From positions 39,556,001-39,620,000 of the forward strand of contig OZ024741.1 of assembly GCA_964016885.1 (NCBI GenBank): a DNA stretch of 64,000 nt, in the 5' to 3' direction. The stretch comes from Eledone cirrhosa (Eukaryota). The translations under genes were made by a program, and so were the position numbers. The notes beneath the pieces were generated by a model. That model was not told the DNA's origin and ran no database searches. It worked only from the letters and a program-made list of their open reading frames with translations. This document shows, piece by piece, positions 1 through 15,164 of this stretch (the first letter of the stretch is position 1; each line of letters begins with the position of its first letter).

Positions 1-329
1 GTATGATAACTTTTATACAAAGTCACATATTTCATTTATTCTTTGTATGTTTTTTCCTGTCGTTTTCTGGTATCTCTCTTCTAGATGTAGTCTTTTAATT
101 TGTCTCGCTTTACATCTATGTTGTCATTCACGGAGAGTATTGCAACTATTTTGCTTTTTTACTGTGTTGGTATTCTTGAAATTGGGGATTTCATTTCTTT
201 GCCCCAATACATTACATATTGTAGATGTTAAAGAGTATAAAAAAAGTGTAATATACATACAAGTGCGCGTGTGTTCAGTATGAATAAAAGTACATACAAG
301 TGAACTTCTAAAAAGAGACCAGCGAGAAG

Positions 330-790
330 CCCATCAAGCCCACAGTCACCCTGAGCATCGAGGGCAAGTACCCTCTCCACGAAAAGGGACCTCTTTTCAG
401 ACATACAGGCTTATGTTGTGAGAGATCCAATTATTGTCTCCATCTTTTGCCAAATTCACCCACCTTTTGAATAAATCATTGAAAGAGAAATCACCAATTT
501 CCACTCTCGCTTTCGTTTTCAAATAGAATTTGAAAAAGTCTATGATCGTCGAAGAAAACGTTTAAAAATACTTTTCTCAGCCCTCTCAACCTCGTTTACC
601 ATAAGTCAACAATCAGAAAAGAAAAAACGGCTTCCTCTTCTCTGTTGAAAAAATGGCGATGTGAACCTGAAGATGGATTCGGGCGTTAAGCGGATTTGTT
701 CTCCTTGAAATTTCGTCAAGGAGACAAGTTGGGGAAAAAGCAAGCCTCACGAACGGTTATCCTACATGTTTACCATGTGAGCATATCTGC
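330..790 (-). mobile_element. Decayed 3' fragment of Tx1/L1-like LINE ORF2
   Basis: Minus-strand remnants (QIRLTPESI, TRLRGLRK, FFKFYLK, KRWVNLAK) align with the Tx1-like ORF at 28701-29105 (PIRLTTESI, TRLKGLRS, FFKYHFK, ERWVKVAR). Confidence 0.7.
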
Positions 791-1140
791 AAATGCTGCA
801 TTATCGGCACATGTCTGTAAGTCAGCAGCCATTTGTCTCTAATTTAAGCAAAAGCCAGCCATTTTGGAATGTTAAAGTCATTTAAATTGATCCTAATATT
901 TAGCTGATACTTGATTTTATCGATATCGGCAGATTTGAACTCAATACGTAGAAAGCCAGAATAAATACGCTTTGGCGATTTTGCCCATCCGGTATAAAAT
1001 CTTACACTCATCCCGGACCATGAGACAACGTGAACAACAAGCGAAATTTGAACTCAGAATATTAACTGACATATCTAAAGAAATAGTTTTTATTCGGTAG
1101 TAGTACCGTTTCTATCATAGTACTGCATTCCATCCCTCTT

Positions 1141-1268
1141 GAAGAAGAAGAAGAAGAAGAAGAAGAAGAAGAAGAAGAAGAAGAAGAAGAAGAAGAAGAA
1201 GAAGAAGAAGAAGAAGAAGAAGAAGAAGAAGAAGAAGAAGAAGAAGAAGAAGAAGAAGAAGAAGAAGA
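1141..1268 (+). repeat. (GAA)n microsatellite
   Basis: Pure GAA run; possibly an expanded RTE tail. Confidence 0.95.
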
Positions 1269-1698
1269 ATGAAATAAAACTGAAAGGCCATCAATAAAAA
1301 AAGACGAACTGTAACAATATATATCATAAACAAAAATCCTAACATAAAAAAAAAACTACAACAGCAACAACGACGACAACAACATCTACTATGCCTGAAC
1401 AACGAGTGTCTGTCCGAAATATTGAAGGTTTAAGAGATTTAAGGCAGGGTATTATAGTTATGATGAGGTGTCATCATTTTATTGAAAAAGAAACATTACA
1501 ATGTCAATAAAACAATAACAACAATAACAACAATAACAAAGCAAAAACGAAAAATATGAGGAAAAATCAGTATAGAATCTGAAAGTGATCTGTCTTTCTC
1601 ACACTCCAGCTTCCCCTCTTTCCCCGCTCTTATACATATATATATATGTGTGTGTGTATATATATATATGTATATATATGTATATATATATATATATA

Positions 1699-1790
<92 letters not shown>

Positions 1791-1864
1791 CATATATATA
1801 TACATACATATATATATATATGTATGTATATGTATACATATACATATATGTATATATATATATG

Positions 1865-1929
<65 letters not shown>

Positions 1930-1942
1930 ATGTATACATATG

Positions 1943-1973
<31 letters not shown>

Positions 1974-1974
1974 G

Positions 1975-2022
<48 letters not shown>

Positions 2023-2126
2023 TACAAATATATACACAAAATTATACACAAATATGTGTATAATATATTAATATATATATATATGGGGGGGGGGGCGTGT
2101 ATGGGGGTATAATTTATTTATATATG

Positions 2127-2162
<36 letters not shown>

Positions 2163-2407
2163 CATATATAAATATATATATATATTTATCACCCTCTTCC
2201 CCCACCTCTCTTTCATTGTCTCTCCATCTCTTTCTCTGCTCCTCTCCCTTACTTTCCCACCATTTTGGACATGAGTCTAACCCTTTAACTATAGTTTCCT
2301 CACCATACCCTCTCTTATTGATCTACTCAGACGGTATCGGGGGCTACTTTAATCCAGATATCCTTGTCCCTCTTCTCCCACGAGGTTCACATCAGTTTTT
2401 TTTTATT

Positions 2408-2521
<114 letters not shown>

Positions 2522-2795
2522 CACCTCCATAACCACCACAACTACTACTACTACTACTACTACTTGTTGCTCTATTATTTTATTTTGATTTATGTGGTAT
2601 ACTCCAATGTTATATATTAATATATTTTATTTCATGTTTTGTCATTGTGTTGTTCCTCTCTGAATTGTATATTTGTTGGTCTGTGTCATCTTGTATATCA
2701 ACTTGGTGCTATATAGATTTACTATTTCTTTCATCTCTCTATCTCTTTTACTCTCTCAACAAAGCACACGTACCTACACACACACACACACACAG

Positions 2796-2829
<34 letters not shown>

Positions 2830-3073
2830 GTGTGTATAAAACATATATATCATATATTTAACATATATACATATCTATATTGTGTATATATTCATATATA
2901 TATTTGTATATATATTTGTGTATATATATATATATAAAACGTATATATATTGTGTATATATATATATATATATATATATGCCCCCCCCCCCCCCCACTCT
3001 CAAGAGCGTGAAACTAATAAACCTTGGTTTGTACTGCCTCTCTGTTTTGTTCCCGTTCCATTTTTCACTATAT

Positions 3074-3163
<90 letters not shown>

Positions 3164-3185
3164 TGTATATATATGTATACATATT

Positions 3186-3224
<39 letters not shown>

Positions 3225-3328
3225 TGTATATATATATTGTGTATATGTATACATATTTGCATATATATATATATATATATTATATAAACATTGACTGTAG
3301 GGAAACAAAGCCTTAAGTTTGCTACAAA

Positions 3329-3402
3329 TAGGCTGAAGACCTTCGATGTCACAAAAAAAAAACATCCAAAGAAAGCAGTGTAACACAAACTCTCTGCTAG
3401 CC
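3329..3402 (+). ncRNA. Degenerate type-I hammerhead ribozyme candidate
   Basis: CTGAAGA 3333-3339, stem II gatgt/acatc, GAAA 3371-3374, stem III gcag/ctgc, TA; stem I imperfect. Confidence 0.5.
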
Positions 3403-3886
3403 AACCCCCAGTCTGTGAACTCTGTATAGGGATCAGTATTCCCAGTATATCTAACCTTCACCAACTCCTTTCAATATATATCTACTCATCTTTACACAAC
3501 TCACCGAAATTTACAGAAGGTATCATACTTAAATCTACCCATCATTCTACTGTCAGACGTCATAACTGCACCAACTCTACAGAAATCACCAAGAAAAGTG
3601 TCTCTTCAAGGATATATTAATCTGTGCCTTCTTAATATAAGGTTCCCTTCTTATCAGCAACACTAAGAAACATGATATACAGCCAACCACATAACCACAC
3701 CGCACACACATATGCACTTATACAGTACAGAGAGAGGGCACCACACACATGTATGTGTATACATACATGTCTGTGTATACACACATGTATGTATACACAT
3801 GTATGTATACACAGAGAGGGAGAGAGAGAAGAAGAAAGAGAGGATGTGGGAAAATATTAAGTTACAAATACCACCTCCATAATATA

Positions 3887-4084
3887 CAAGGGTCGACTGG
3901 TAAGTTCATAGGCTGACTATGAAGTATTGCTGCTAGTGCTGCGAAATCCTGCAAGCATTAATTTCAACTCCTCTTATTAATAACTACATTGTTGCGTTCC
4001 AGGAACTATCTTGAAAAATAAACTTCGTTTGGTCATTCCATGAGAGTATCTTGGTCGACCTATGAACTTTTCAGCCTCCTCTCG
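3887..4084. mobile_element. Mariner/Tc1-type MITE
   Basis: Imperfect TIRs (caagggtcgactggtaagttcatagg / cctatgaacttttcagcctcctctcg) flanked by TA on both sides. Confidence 0.7.
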
Positions 4085-4279
4085 TATACATTGCATTTGT
4101 AGAAGACATAGTCTAGAAAACATTTCCCACCAGTAAGACACAGCAAGAAGGGCACACAACGAATACGTTAGATTAGGGATCACCAAAGGCATTAGACCCT
4201 CGTCCATCGATTCCTTCTTGGAATCTCCTACCCCTTGCAGACCCTAGACATATACAAAAAGTAAATAAATAAATCAGAA

Positions 4280-4576
4280 AACAGCCCCGATACTATGGAC
4301 ATGTGTTTAGAATGTCTCAGGAAAGAATCGCTGGACAGATTTTACGGACAAAACTAACCGACTGGTGACGCAGGGGTAGACCCCGAACAAGATGGTTGGA
4401 TATTCTTGAGCTTGGCGGGTCTCACTTGAGGATCCAGCCGGATCAGTTGGAGAAAGTTGCTTCTGACAAGACTTTCTGGAAGTTCTGTTTGAGAAGAAGA
4501 AGAAGAAGAAGAAGAAGAAGAAGAAGAAGAAGAAGAAGAAGAAGAAGAAGAAGAAGAAGAAGAAGAAGAAGAAGAA
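4280..4576 (+). mobile_element. RTE-clade LINE 3' end with (GAA)n tail
   Basis: Translates QPRYYGHVFRMSQERIAGQILRTK..RRGRPRTRWLD, followed by a GAA tail. Confidence 0.8.
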
Positions 4577-5459
4577 ATATTCAATGATAACTAATTATAT
4601 ATAAATAAAAAACCTGGATAAGCAAGTTGTATTTTATGCATATTAAGTTTTTATTCGAATGTCAGGGTTTCTCCCACCTTCAGTCGACTCGCTGTACAAT
4701 TTAGTGTCCCCTGCATTAGATCTTTCAGAGACAATGCCAGTGTTATTTGTGCCTCCTATCTCCATACAACGAACCACAACAAACTACAAAAAAATTCAGA
4801 ATAATGCGAAATATCTCCCATGTCGAAAACCATTAACCATATAGAAAGATTATGTACAAAACGAAATAAGAATCCTACAGATAAAAATCCACTCGAACCA
4901 AGTTGATATACAAGATGACACAGACCAACAAATATATGGACTGATACTGGGAGACGTAGGGTCAGAGACATATAGCGTGGCTTAGGTTATATTATAATTG
5001 GTGTAGCCCATCCATTTCTAGGTCTAAAAATAATCGATTTCTTCCCCACCCCAAAACGTAGGCCCTCTTGTTACCAAGGAGCAATTAACGCATACCGCAT
5101 TAACCACTCCCGTACACACATAACTATCATAACGGAATCAGTACAATCTCTTTCAGACATTTAATTACTTAATGGATTAATTATATGTATGTTGTTTGTA
5201 AACAACTAATTTAATTACACAATAATCATCCGCTGTAAATTTTTACAATTTATGTTTCAAACAACAACTTGTTTTTTAGCACTGCGGTAAAACAATGGTT
5301 TTGAATCTTGGCACAATACAAACAATTTTCTTGAGGTGTAAGTCGATTAAATCGACTGTTTTCCTTGTCATGTACTATATTTTTACGAACCAGCGAGGAT
5401 GATAGGAAGAGATGACCTCGGCTTGATGTGAACTTTCAACGCCGTAACAGATACCACAA

Positions 5460-5904
5460 CAGACCTGTCAACTCTCCCCGTCCGACGGGGAGACCTTCCA
5501 CCCACATTGGGGTGGGTGAGAGATATCTTCTCTTGTGAAAATATGTTAGGCTTTCATTATGCAAGTTCGCCCCATTTGGTGAATTGGCAGTATCGGTAGA
5601 GGGTCGGACGCCATGTTATGGCGGTGGATTGGCAGTATCGCTAGAGGGTCGGACGCCATGCTTTCCAGCATAGTTACGTCTCTTTACGGTCTGAGTTCAA
5701 ATCCCGCCGAGGTTAACTTTGCCTTTCATCTTTATGGGGGTCGATAAAATAAAGTACCAGTAATGCACTAGGTAATTGCTGGCCTTGTGCCAAAAGTAGA
5801 CACAATTATGTAAGTTCTCCCCATTTTTGCCTCATTTCTCCCCGTTTTGGGGCACTTTTTTTCATGGTACTCCCCGTTTGGATTTTTAGAGTTTGGCAGG
5901 TCTG
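5460..5904. mobile_element. MITE (TIR CAGACCTGYCAAC) interrupted by a SINE
   Basis: cagacctgtcaac...gtttggcaggtctg; matches the uninterrupted copy at 12311-12496. Confidence 0.75.
5580..5805 (+). mobile_element. tRNA-derived SINE with duplicated head
   Basis: A-box tggcagtatcgg, B-box gagttcaaatcc; imperfect ~20 bp direct repeat attatgYaagttc on both sides. Confidence 0.85.
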
Positions 5905-6447
5905 ACAAAATAAAGTGTTCTACGCTTAAAAAACTCTAATTATATAGGTTATATATTCTTTAGAAAATTACACTTGATTATAAAGACATAGGTACATGGC
6001 TGTTATTTATTTCAGTCATTCCTGAAAGATGAAAGGACAAGTCTGCACCAGCGGGATTTGAACTCTTTACTGAATCTGCCGCTGATTATCCTATGTCATG
6101 CAATGATATTGAATATTTTAGGGGAGTATATGTAAGCAGCATATGACAAATGCCTGAATGGAAATAGCTAAAATATAAGTTAGAGGATCAGAGTGTTTCT
6201 CCGTCAAGGTTCAAAACAAAATTTTCCCTCTCAGGCCGGATTTAACATCAAGTACAATTTGGAAATGAAGGTGAGCTTAGAGAGGGATGTGCTGTCCACC
6301 ATACATTTTATTGTGAAAAGTGGGTGTGAGTAACGAAATGATGTGCTTTCGAGGTCAGTCCCACTCCTTAGCACATTGCGGTGGTATTTTCTACTATAGC
6401 TTCGGACTCACCAATGTCGTTTTAAAGCAATTTGGTATATATATATA

Positions 6448-6600
6448 TAGTAATAATAATAAATTTGAAGACTAAAATCCAAAGAGGCCTCGATAAGGAT
6501 AAATATATATCAAATATTTGTTAAAATAACAGATTAAAGTTTAAGCAAAGAATCGTTGCTTTCACTCTTAACGGGATATTCTGAAACTAACAAAATCAAT
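6448..6600 (-). mobile_element. Family C TA-flanked element with decayed hammerhead
   Basis: Minus strand agttt-cagaata-tcccgttaagagt-GAAA-gca..tgc-TT-aaact; tail shared with 13322, 14715, 37443, 46810, 54707 and 58343. Confidence 0.6.
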
Positions 6601-6626
6601 CTGTGTGTGTGTGTGTGTATTTATAT

Positions 6627-6832
6627 GAATTGGCAGTATCGGTAGAGCGTTGAACACCGCCTTCACAGTATAGCGTTAAGGCCCTTTACGTTCTGAGTTC
6701 AAATGCCGCGGGGTTAGTTTTGCCTTACATCCTTATGGAAGTCGATAAAATAAAGCACCAGTAACACACTGGTGTCGATTTAATCGAATCCGACAAAGAC
6801 CCCCAGCCAATTGTTGGCTTTGTGCCTACAAT
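6627..6832 (+). mobile_element. tRNA-derived SINE
   Basis: Same consensus as the 5580 copy. Confidence 0.8.
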
Positions 6833-7147
6833 TATTAGCATAGATTAAAAGTTTAAGCAAATAATTTCTGCAGGTCAGCAATAGAATGTAAGTAGGACAA
6901 TTTTCTTTTATAATTCAGGTTTCTCTATATTTCTGCGCATGTCTGGTTTGGTTTTGTCCACTAGTTGAGAGTTTATGACTATGATTTCTGTATTCTAACT
7001 TCCCACCAAACACCTTCTCTAGCAACAGTTGGCTATTCAACTTGCTCCTCCTCTGACGTCAAATGCTGTTACTGGCCTGTGACTAATACTATATTGACGC
7101 TAAACTCTGCCAGTTGCCGACTGCGCATCAAGATGAGATATTTTTCT

Positions 7148-7414
7148 TCACAAAGTTCGATCACCAGCAGCAGAGTTTAAAGAGAAAAGATGAAGTCCAG
7201 TCCATAAGTTGACATTATCAAATAGGCATAACCTACTCACACCATGAGTTAATCTTTTTATATGACCGTATATTTTGACTACTCTCGACTTGACAATTGA
7301 TGTAATTGGTCTAAGTTTGGTAATGTTGATACGGTCGCTGAGCCGCTTGCCAGTCATAAGTCTCATAATGTGGTTCTGGAATGTAGAGAGCACTGAAGTG
7401 ATCTTGTCGTCCAA
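7148..7414 (-). mobile_element. RTE-like LINE C-terminal remnant
   Basis: LSTFQNHIMRLMTG..SDRI..IVKSRVVKIYGHIKR resembles RTE ORF C-termini. Confidence 0.6.
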
Positions 7415-7836
7415 TTAACACCGTGAAGACTATATAACTAATACATTCCAGTAATCATTTGTTGCCGAAAAATATATGGCACATATACGAGAGACTCTTA
7501 ATGTTCGGAAAGACTTTCCTGTCGTTGAAGTGATGTGGATGTGTTTATACAGTATAACTACGATGAATAAGAGGTGCAGCTGCACGTTGCTGATTAGTCC
7601 ATACTTGCAGAAACTAAATTCAGTCCGGGCATTTTTTATTGCAATTTACCCACGTCGTCTCCATTACAATGAACCTATTGTGTGCAATCTGAGATATAGT
7701 TTTGTGCGTCTCATTGAGTGAGTAATGGACAAACCGAGACTATGCAGATCCCTATTCCGCTGGCTTCCTTACCAAATCTATATGAATATATTTTACATTA
7801 AAACTGTTAATTATGATTAACAGTGTTTGGTAATAT

Positions 7837-7866
7837 ATTTAATGCAACATTCGCTCTACGTGTGGA

Positions 7867-7945
<79 letters not shown>

Positions 7946-8014
7946 CTCTCTCCCCCCTCTCTCTCTCTATATATATATATATTTAATGCAACATTCGCTC
8001 TACGTGTGGATAAA

Positions 8015-8056
<42 letters not shown>

Positions 8057-8135
8057 TCTCCCCCCCCCCCTCTCTCTCTCTCTATATATATATATATTTA
8101 ATGAAAAATTCGCTCTATGTGTGGATAAAGTTGCA
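7837..8135 (+). repeat. Three copies of a ~34 bp unit separated by (CT)n(TA)n
   Basis: atttaatgcaacattcgctctacgtgtggataaa at ~7837, ~7981, ~8096. Confidence 0.85.
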
Positions 8136-8283
8136 CATTAGGAATTCATATATTTTTAAAAGAATTGTATGTAGTCTTGTGTACAGTTTATTGTAATAGA
8201 TATCGTATTTTCAGCTGATACAACTTCTTCACCTACATCTCTCAAGTTTTTATATTCGAAATCTCTCTCTCTCTCTCTTTCTT

Positions 8284-8347
<64 letters not shown>

Positions 8348-8364
8348 ACTCTATCTCCCCCCCC

Positions 8365-8397
<33 letters not shown>

Positions 8398-8563
8398 ATA
8401 GTAATAATAAATATGAAGACCAAAGTGCTTAAACTTTAATCTGTTATTTTAATGTATATATATATATATATATATATATACGTTATTGCGGTTTGAATCG
8501 GATGTAACCACAGTAAGTAAGGTACTCAATACATAACAGAGTATAAAAGTTTTAATGTAGATG

Positions 8564-8614
8564 AGATCCTACAGGACTAGAACTGTTTCATTCTTTAGAA
8601 ATCATCAGGAATAT
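8564..8614 (-). ncRNA. Hammerhead ribozyme (family B)
   Basis: Near reverse complement of 9274-9324. Confidence 0.75.
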
Positions 8615-9273
8615 GGCTATCCAAAAATAAATGTGGTATTTATAGGTCTTTTCAAGTGGTAGGAGAGGGTGGGGAGTGGGATGGGTAGAGGTCATTGATT
8701 GATAAAAAAGGGAATTCATTAAACGCTAATTCTTTAAAGCTATAATTTATATTTAGAGTGACAAAGGCAGAAAGAATTCTATAAACAAGTTCAGAATGGG
8801 GTGCCACTCCTTATTTTTAAGTTTCTCTTAAGCTAACAATGCCTATATTTCAGGTATCTATTAAGAGAAACTTGAAGATAGTGATATGATAGGCACCAAA
8901 TGTTTTGAACTGGTCTATAGAATTCTCTTGGCCTTTGTCACTCTAAGTAGAACTTTAAAGAATTAGCTTTTAAAGAATTTCCCTTTTCTTTAAATCCATC
9001 AAACATGACCGACCCCCAACGATCTTATAGACACCTGAAATATAGGCATTGTTAGCTTAAGAGAAACTTAAAAATAAGGAGTGGCACCTCATTCTGAACT
9101 TGTTTATAGAATTCTTTCTGCCTTTGTCACTCTAAATATAAATTATAGCTTTAAAGAATTAGCCTTTAATGAATTCCCTTTTCTATCAATCAATGACCTC
9201 CACCCATCCCACTCCACACCCTCTCCTACCACCTGAAAAGACTTATAAATACCACATTTATTTTTGGATAGCC

Positions 9274-9324
9274 AGATTCCTGATGATTTCTAAAGAATGA
9301 AACAGTTCTAGTCCTGTAGAATCT
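9274..9324 (+). ncRNA. Type-I hammerhead ribozyme (family B)
   Basis: agattc-CTGATGA-tttctaaagaat-GAAA-cag ttctagtc ctg-TA-gaatct; GUA cleavage triplet. Confidence 0.85.
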
Positions 9325-9357
9325 CATCTATATTAAAACTTATATATATATATATAA

Positions 9358-10240
<883 letters not shown>

Positions 10241-10268
10241 ATATATATATATATATTATATATATAAT

Positions 10269-10383
<115 letters not shown>

Positions 10384-10695
10384 ATATATATATAATATAT
10401 ATATAATATATATATATATATATTATATATATAATATATATATATATATTATATATATATATATATGTGTGTGTGTGGTGTGCGTGCGTGGGTGTGTGTG
10501 TGAGATGGGTGTTGGAGGAATAACGTTAAACTGCACCCGGGGCTTAGCACACGTTGAACAAATGATTGTACATTAGCTATCTGTTGAAGTCGTATCTATA
10601 TAATAGATGCCACTGAAATACATATAACAGTAACAAAATAATCAATAAGATGATATAACAATCCAATGCACTGAATTATTCTTCATACACACACA

Positions 10696-10750
<55 letters not shown>

Positions 10751-11126
10751 CAAAGAAGGCGTGGTAAGATACCAGAGTACTCAATACTTAGGGTAGTAGA
10801 GTGGGCTGGGTAACTTAGTTCGGATCAAGCTGTCGAAACAGCCGGAGCTCAGCCGTCGGGGTCCTGAGTCTTTTCCTACACACACATTTATATATATATA
10901 TATATATTGTAGCGGTCGTGGTGGTGTTAGTAGTAGTAGTAGTAGTAGTAGTAGTAAGAGTAAGAGTGACCTAGGTGGGTGCTATTGTTAAAGTTAATAC
11001 TCTCCGGTCGTTATGTTTATCAAAACTACTTAATCCTGCCAGTAAGTAAAGCAAAGGTAACTAATGTTTACTTGTTTAAACCTGTCTAACTTAGACCGGC
11101 TTAACTAAAATAAATTTAACGTACTA

Positions 11127-11257
<131 letters not shown>

Positions 11258-11343
11258 GTCGATTCGTCATATCCACAGACAGGTATACACATAGTCACAC
11301 AATACAAACAGATACACATACATCTGCACACACACACACACAG

Positions 11344-11382
<39 letters not shown>

Positions 11383-11384
11383 TG

Positions 11385-11452
<68 letters not shown>

Positions 11453-11453
11453 C

Positions 11454-11532
<79 letters not shown>

Positions 11533-11774
11533 TATATACATATATCATCCAAAGGTCATATTACTTAATCAATTCCTGCCAACACAAAACTATTTCGGCC
11601 AACAAAGAACTCTAGTTTACTTCAACAGTTATTCTTTACTTTTAATGTGATAATTTGACGGCTACGGCCACACCTTACCAACTAAAACAACACTGTTATC
11701 AATCTCCTAAGTCCTTGTTGGTATAATATATCCCCCACCAGTAATGACTTCTAATTCAAGTACATGTCAAATAA

Positions 11775-11955
11775 TTACCAACCGGTAGGAGACCCAGGGG
11801 TAGATCTCGAACAAGATGGTTGGATAACATCCATGAGTTTGGCTGGTCACACTTGAGACGGGTGCTTCTGACAGGCCCCGCTGGAAGGTGTGCTTGAGAA
11901 CTCTGCCACCACTACTCTCTCAGGAATAAGTGGGCGAAGAAGAATAGAAGAAGAC
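11775..11955 (+). mobile_element. RTE LINE 3' fragment
   Basis: Homologous to 4350-4500 (ggggtaga..cgaacaagatggttggata); ends in a gaagaagaa tail. Confidence 0.75.
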
Positions 11956-12310
11956 AAATAATTTGTGAGGCGGGTAAACTCGATTACATCGAATTCAATA
12001 TGTGACTGGTATTTTATTTTATCGACCTCGGAAGTATTAAAGGCGAGATTAGAACTGAAGACATAAAGACAGGGAGCTCTCCCACCTACTTTGGGGTCTG
12101 AAGAGCGTCTGAGTAGATTATAGTATTATGTGACCAGTCTATAACCCGATAGGTTTCTCGTCGAGTTTATATCTGGGGAAACATTTGCTGTCCCCGGGTC
12201 CCCTATTTACTGCGACCGTTATGGAGATTGTTATCCGCAAGTACGTGGCCCGCGAATTGGATTAGACCTTTCAGCGCATACCTTTACGATTTTCTTGTTT
12301 AACTTATAAC

Positions 12311-12496
12311 CAGACATGTCAACTCTCCCCGTCGGACAGGGAGATCTTCCACCTATTTTAGGGTGGGTCCTCTCATGTGAAAATGGGTATAGCTTTAAAT
12401 ACGTAAAATTTCCCCATTTTGCCTCATTTCTCCCCGTTTGGGGGTACTTTTTTTCATGGTACTCCTCGTTCCGGCCTTTAGAGGTTGGCAGGTCTG
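12311..12496. mobile_element. MITE, TIR CAGACMTGYCAAC
   Basis: cagacatgtcaac...gttggcaggtctg; second copy at 5460. Confidence 0.8.
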
Positions 12497-13259
12497 TAAA
12501 GAGCCATAATTAAATGCCGCAAAGCTTTTTGTCTGGCGCCTTAACGATTCTGCTAATCCACGACTCTTTACACCACTCATAGTAAAGGATAGGTGTATGT
12601 GCACATATACATATACACATATCCATGCATTCACACATACACAGAGGATCGTAAGACTTATAATACTATGAATGAATTTAGAAAAACCTAAAACTATGAC
12701 TAAACAAATTTTTTTTTATGTTTCAATGTGGACATGCGTAGAAGGACCGCAAAGTTACGGGACTACAGGAGCCATAACTCCACACCATATACATGCCTAG
12801 AATTCATAATATGATAAGTCTGTGAATGTGTGTGTATCTGTGTGTGTAGATATGCGGATATGTGTATATGTATATGTAATTGTATATGTGAATGAATGTG
12901 TCTGTCTCAGCGTGGGAATAACAGAGAATGTGTACGTGCATTGCGTATTCGCATGCGTAGTTGGAGCGAGTCGCAATGTTAATTGTAAAAATGATGAAAG
13001 CAGAGTTTTATTCCGCCATGGATATACGTATAAAGGCCAAACAAACATTACATAAGATTAACATATCAGAAAAAAAAGACCACGATAGAAAGAGAGAGAG
13101 AGAGAGAGGAGGTGAGAAAGAGACAGACAGATGAACAGAGATAATGTTGAGTAGAGAAAACTATAGAGAGAAATTAGAAAGTCATATATATACAGTATAT
13201 ATATATAAGTTGACGGAACTAGCATGGGTTTCACTGCTAGGACCGGTTGCATCTCAGTG

Positions 13260-13321
<62 letters not shown>

Positions 13322-13326
<5 letters not shown>

Positions 13327-13548
13327 ATAATAATAAATTTGAAGACTAAAATCCAAAGAGGGGTCGATAAGGATAAATATATATCAAATATATAAGAACC
13401 GTAGAGCAAATATTTATTAAAATAACAGATTAAAGTTTAAGCAAAGAATCGCTGCTTTCACCGTTAACGGGATCTTCTGAAGATCCCGTTAACGGTGAAC
13501 GCAGCGATTCTTTGCTTAAACTTTAATCTGTTATTTTAATAAATATAT
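13322..13548. mobile_element. Family C fold-back element
   Basis: Palindrome centred on ttcTgaa (~13478), inside the hammerhead core CTGAAGA. Confidence 0.8.
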
Positions 13549-13868
13549 ATATTGAGAGAGAGAGGTCGGGGGCAGACAGATAACTGTATGTATGTATATA
13601 TAGATATATATATAGGTTCAGAGACGGAATAAGAAAAGAAGTTCAATATAAGTTAAAGAAATGGGTTGAAATGGGGTGAATATGGTGTAGAGTGTGCGAA
13701 GCAAGGGAGAGTGAAGTAATGTAGAAATTATGTGTGGTTAAAGTCTGAAATGAGAGGGAGAGATATAACGAATATTAATGGTTTTATAATGATGTTTTGA
13801 TTAATCTGTGGCAAAAGTTTGTTTGAGACACATGAATGTTAGCACACACCCTCATTTATGTATGTATG

Positions 13869-13934
<66 letters not shown>

Positions 13935-13937
<3 letters not shown>

Positions 13938-14134
13938 AAAAGTATGACCCCGACGGCAGAGCTCAGGCCGTTTCGACGGCTATTTCAGTGCAGAAATAGC
14001 CGTCGAAACGGCTTGAGCTCTGCCGTCGGGGTCATACTTTTTCCTATTTCCCACTCTACTACCCTAAGTATTGAGTACTCTGGTGCGTTATGGTCCATCT
14101 GGTTCCTTACCACTCTTCCTTTGTTATATATTGT

Positions 14135-14207
<73 letters not shown>

Positions 14208-14447
14208 ACATATATATATAACAAAGGAAATGTGGTAAGGAACCAGATGGACCATAACGCACCGACGGCAGAGCTCAACCCGTTTCGACGGCTATTCTGC
14301 ACTGAAATGTCTAGAAATAGCCGTCGAAACGGCTTGAGCTCTGCCGTCGGGGTCATACTTTTTCCTATTCCCCACTTTACTACCCTAAGTATTGAGTACT
14401 CTAGTGCGTTATAGTCCATCTGGTTCCTTACCACAATTCCTTCGTTA
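13935..14447. mobile_element. Two family E fold-back elements separated by TA/TG tracts
   Basis: gacggctatt...aatagccgtc-GAAA-cggc ttgagctct gccg-TC-ggggtc; further copies at ~10748, 23500, 38705, 48970, 54940, 61040, 63043 and 63422. Confidence 0.8.
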
Positions 14448-14960
14448 TATGTATATATATGTATATATATATATTCATATATATATACATACATAAATAT
14501 ATATATATATATGTATGCAGAGGTTATATTTAATTTGTTGGGATTCAACAAGCTTAAACATTTTTATGACTGATATAAAGCACTCAACAGTTAGTGGAGT
14601 AAATATACAATATATTAACAAATGGAAACTATATTTATAAAACCATATTTATTTTATAAATATAGTTTCTATTTGTTAATATATTGTATATATATGTATA
14701 TATATATATACACACGTGTATTTGATATTTATTTATCCTTATCGAGCCCTCTTTGGATTTTAGTCTTCAAATTTATTATTATTACTATATATATATATAT
14801 AAACGTTTGAATATAACCTCCTCCATATATATCTATATATATATATATACACGTATGTGTGTGTGTTTGTGTGTGTATTTGTGTGTATTTTTGTGTTTGT
14901 GTGTATACGGGTGTATATATGTGTGTGTATGCATACTTGTTTTAATTATGCCGCATATAG

Positions 14961-15164
14961 CATGCATGTCAGACATACGGCCCTTTACAAGCAGATCTTC
15001 GGCCCGCACAAGCGTTTTTACAGCGTGAACATGTTTTAGTTGTAATGTGTGCAATTAGTTGTCGTATGTGGCCCTCAGACAACACATATGTGACCCATGT
15101 GGCCCTCAGACAACACATATGTAACCCATGTGGCCCTCGGGGAATCTTTAGTTTGCCATGCCTG
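14961..15164 (+). mobile_element. hAT-derived MITE (internal deletion derivative of the 16259-18907 family)
   Basis: TIRs catgcatgtcagac/gtttgccatgcctg; left part matches 16259-16343, right part matches 18810-18907. Confidence 0.85.

Larger units (their letters stand above)
8481..9342. mobile_element. Family B fold-back element, Penelope-like, flanked by (TA)n
   Basis: ~330 bp inverted arms, each with a hammerhead. Confidence 0.8.

Noticed and set aside
13205-13262. Possible hammerhead in a two-copy repeat (also ~40738-40800)
   Set aside because: The core is one base short (ctgaga/ctaaga) and stem III barely pairs; not supportable without a consensus.
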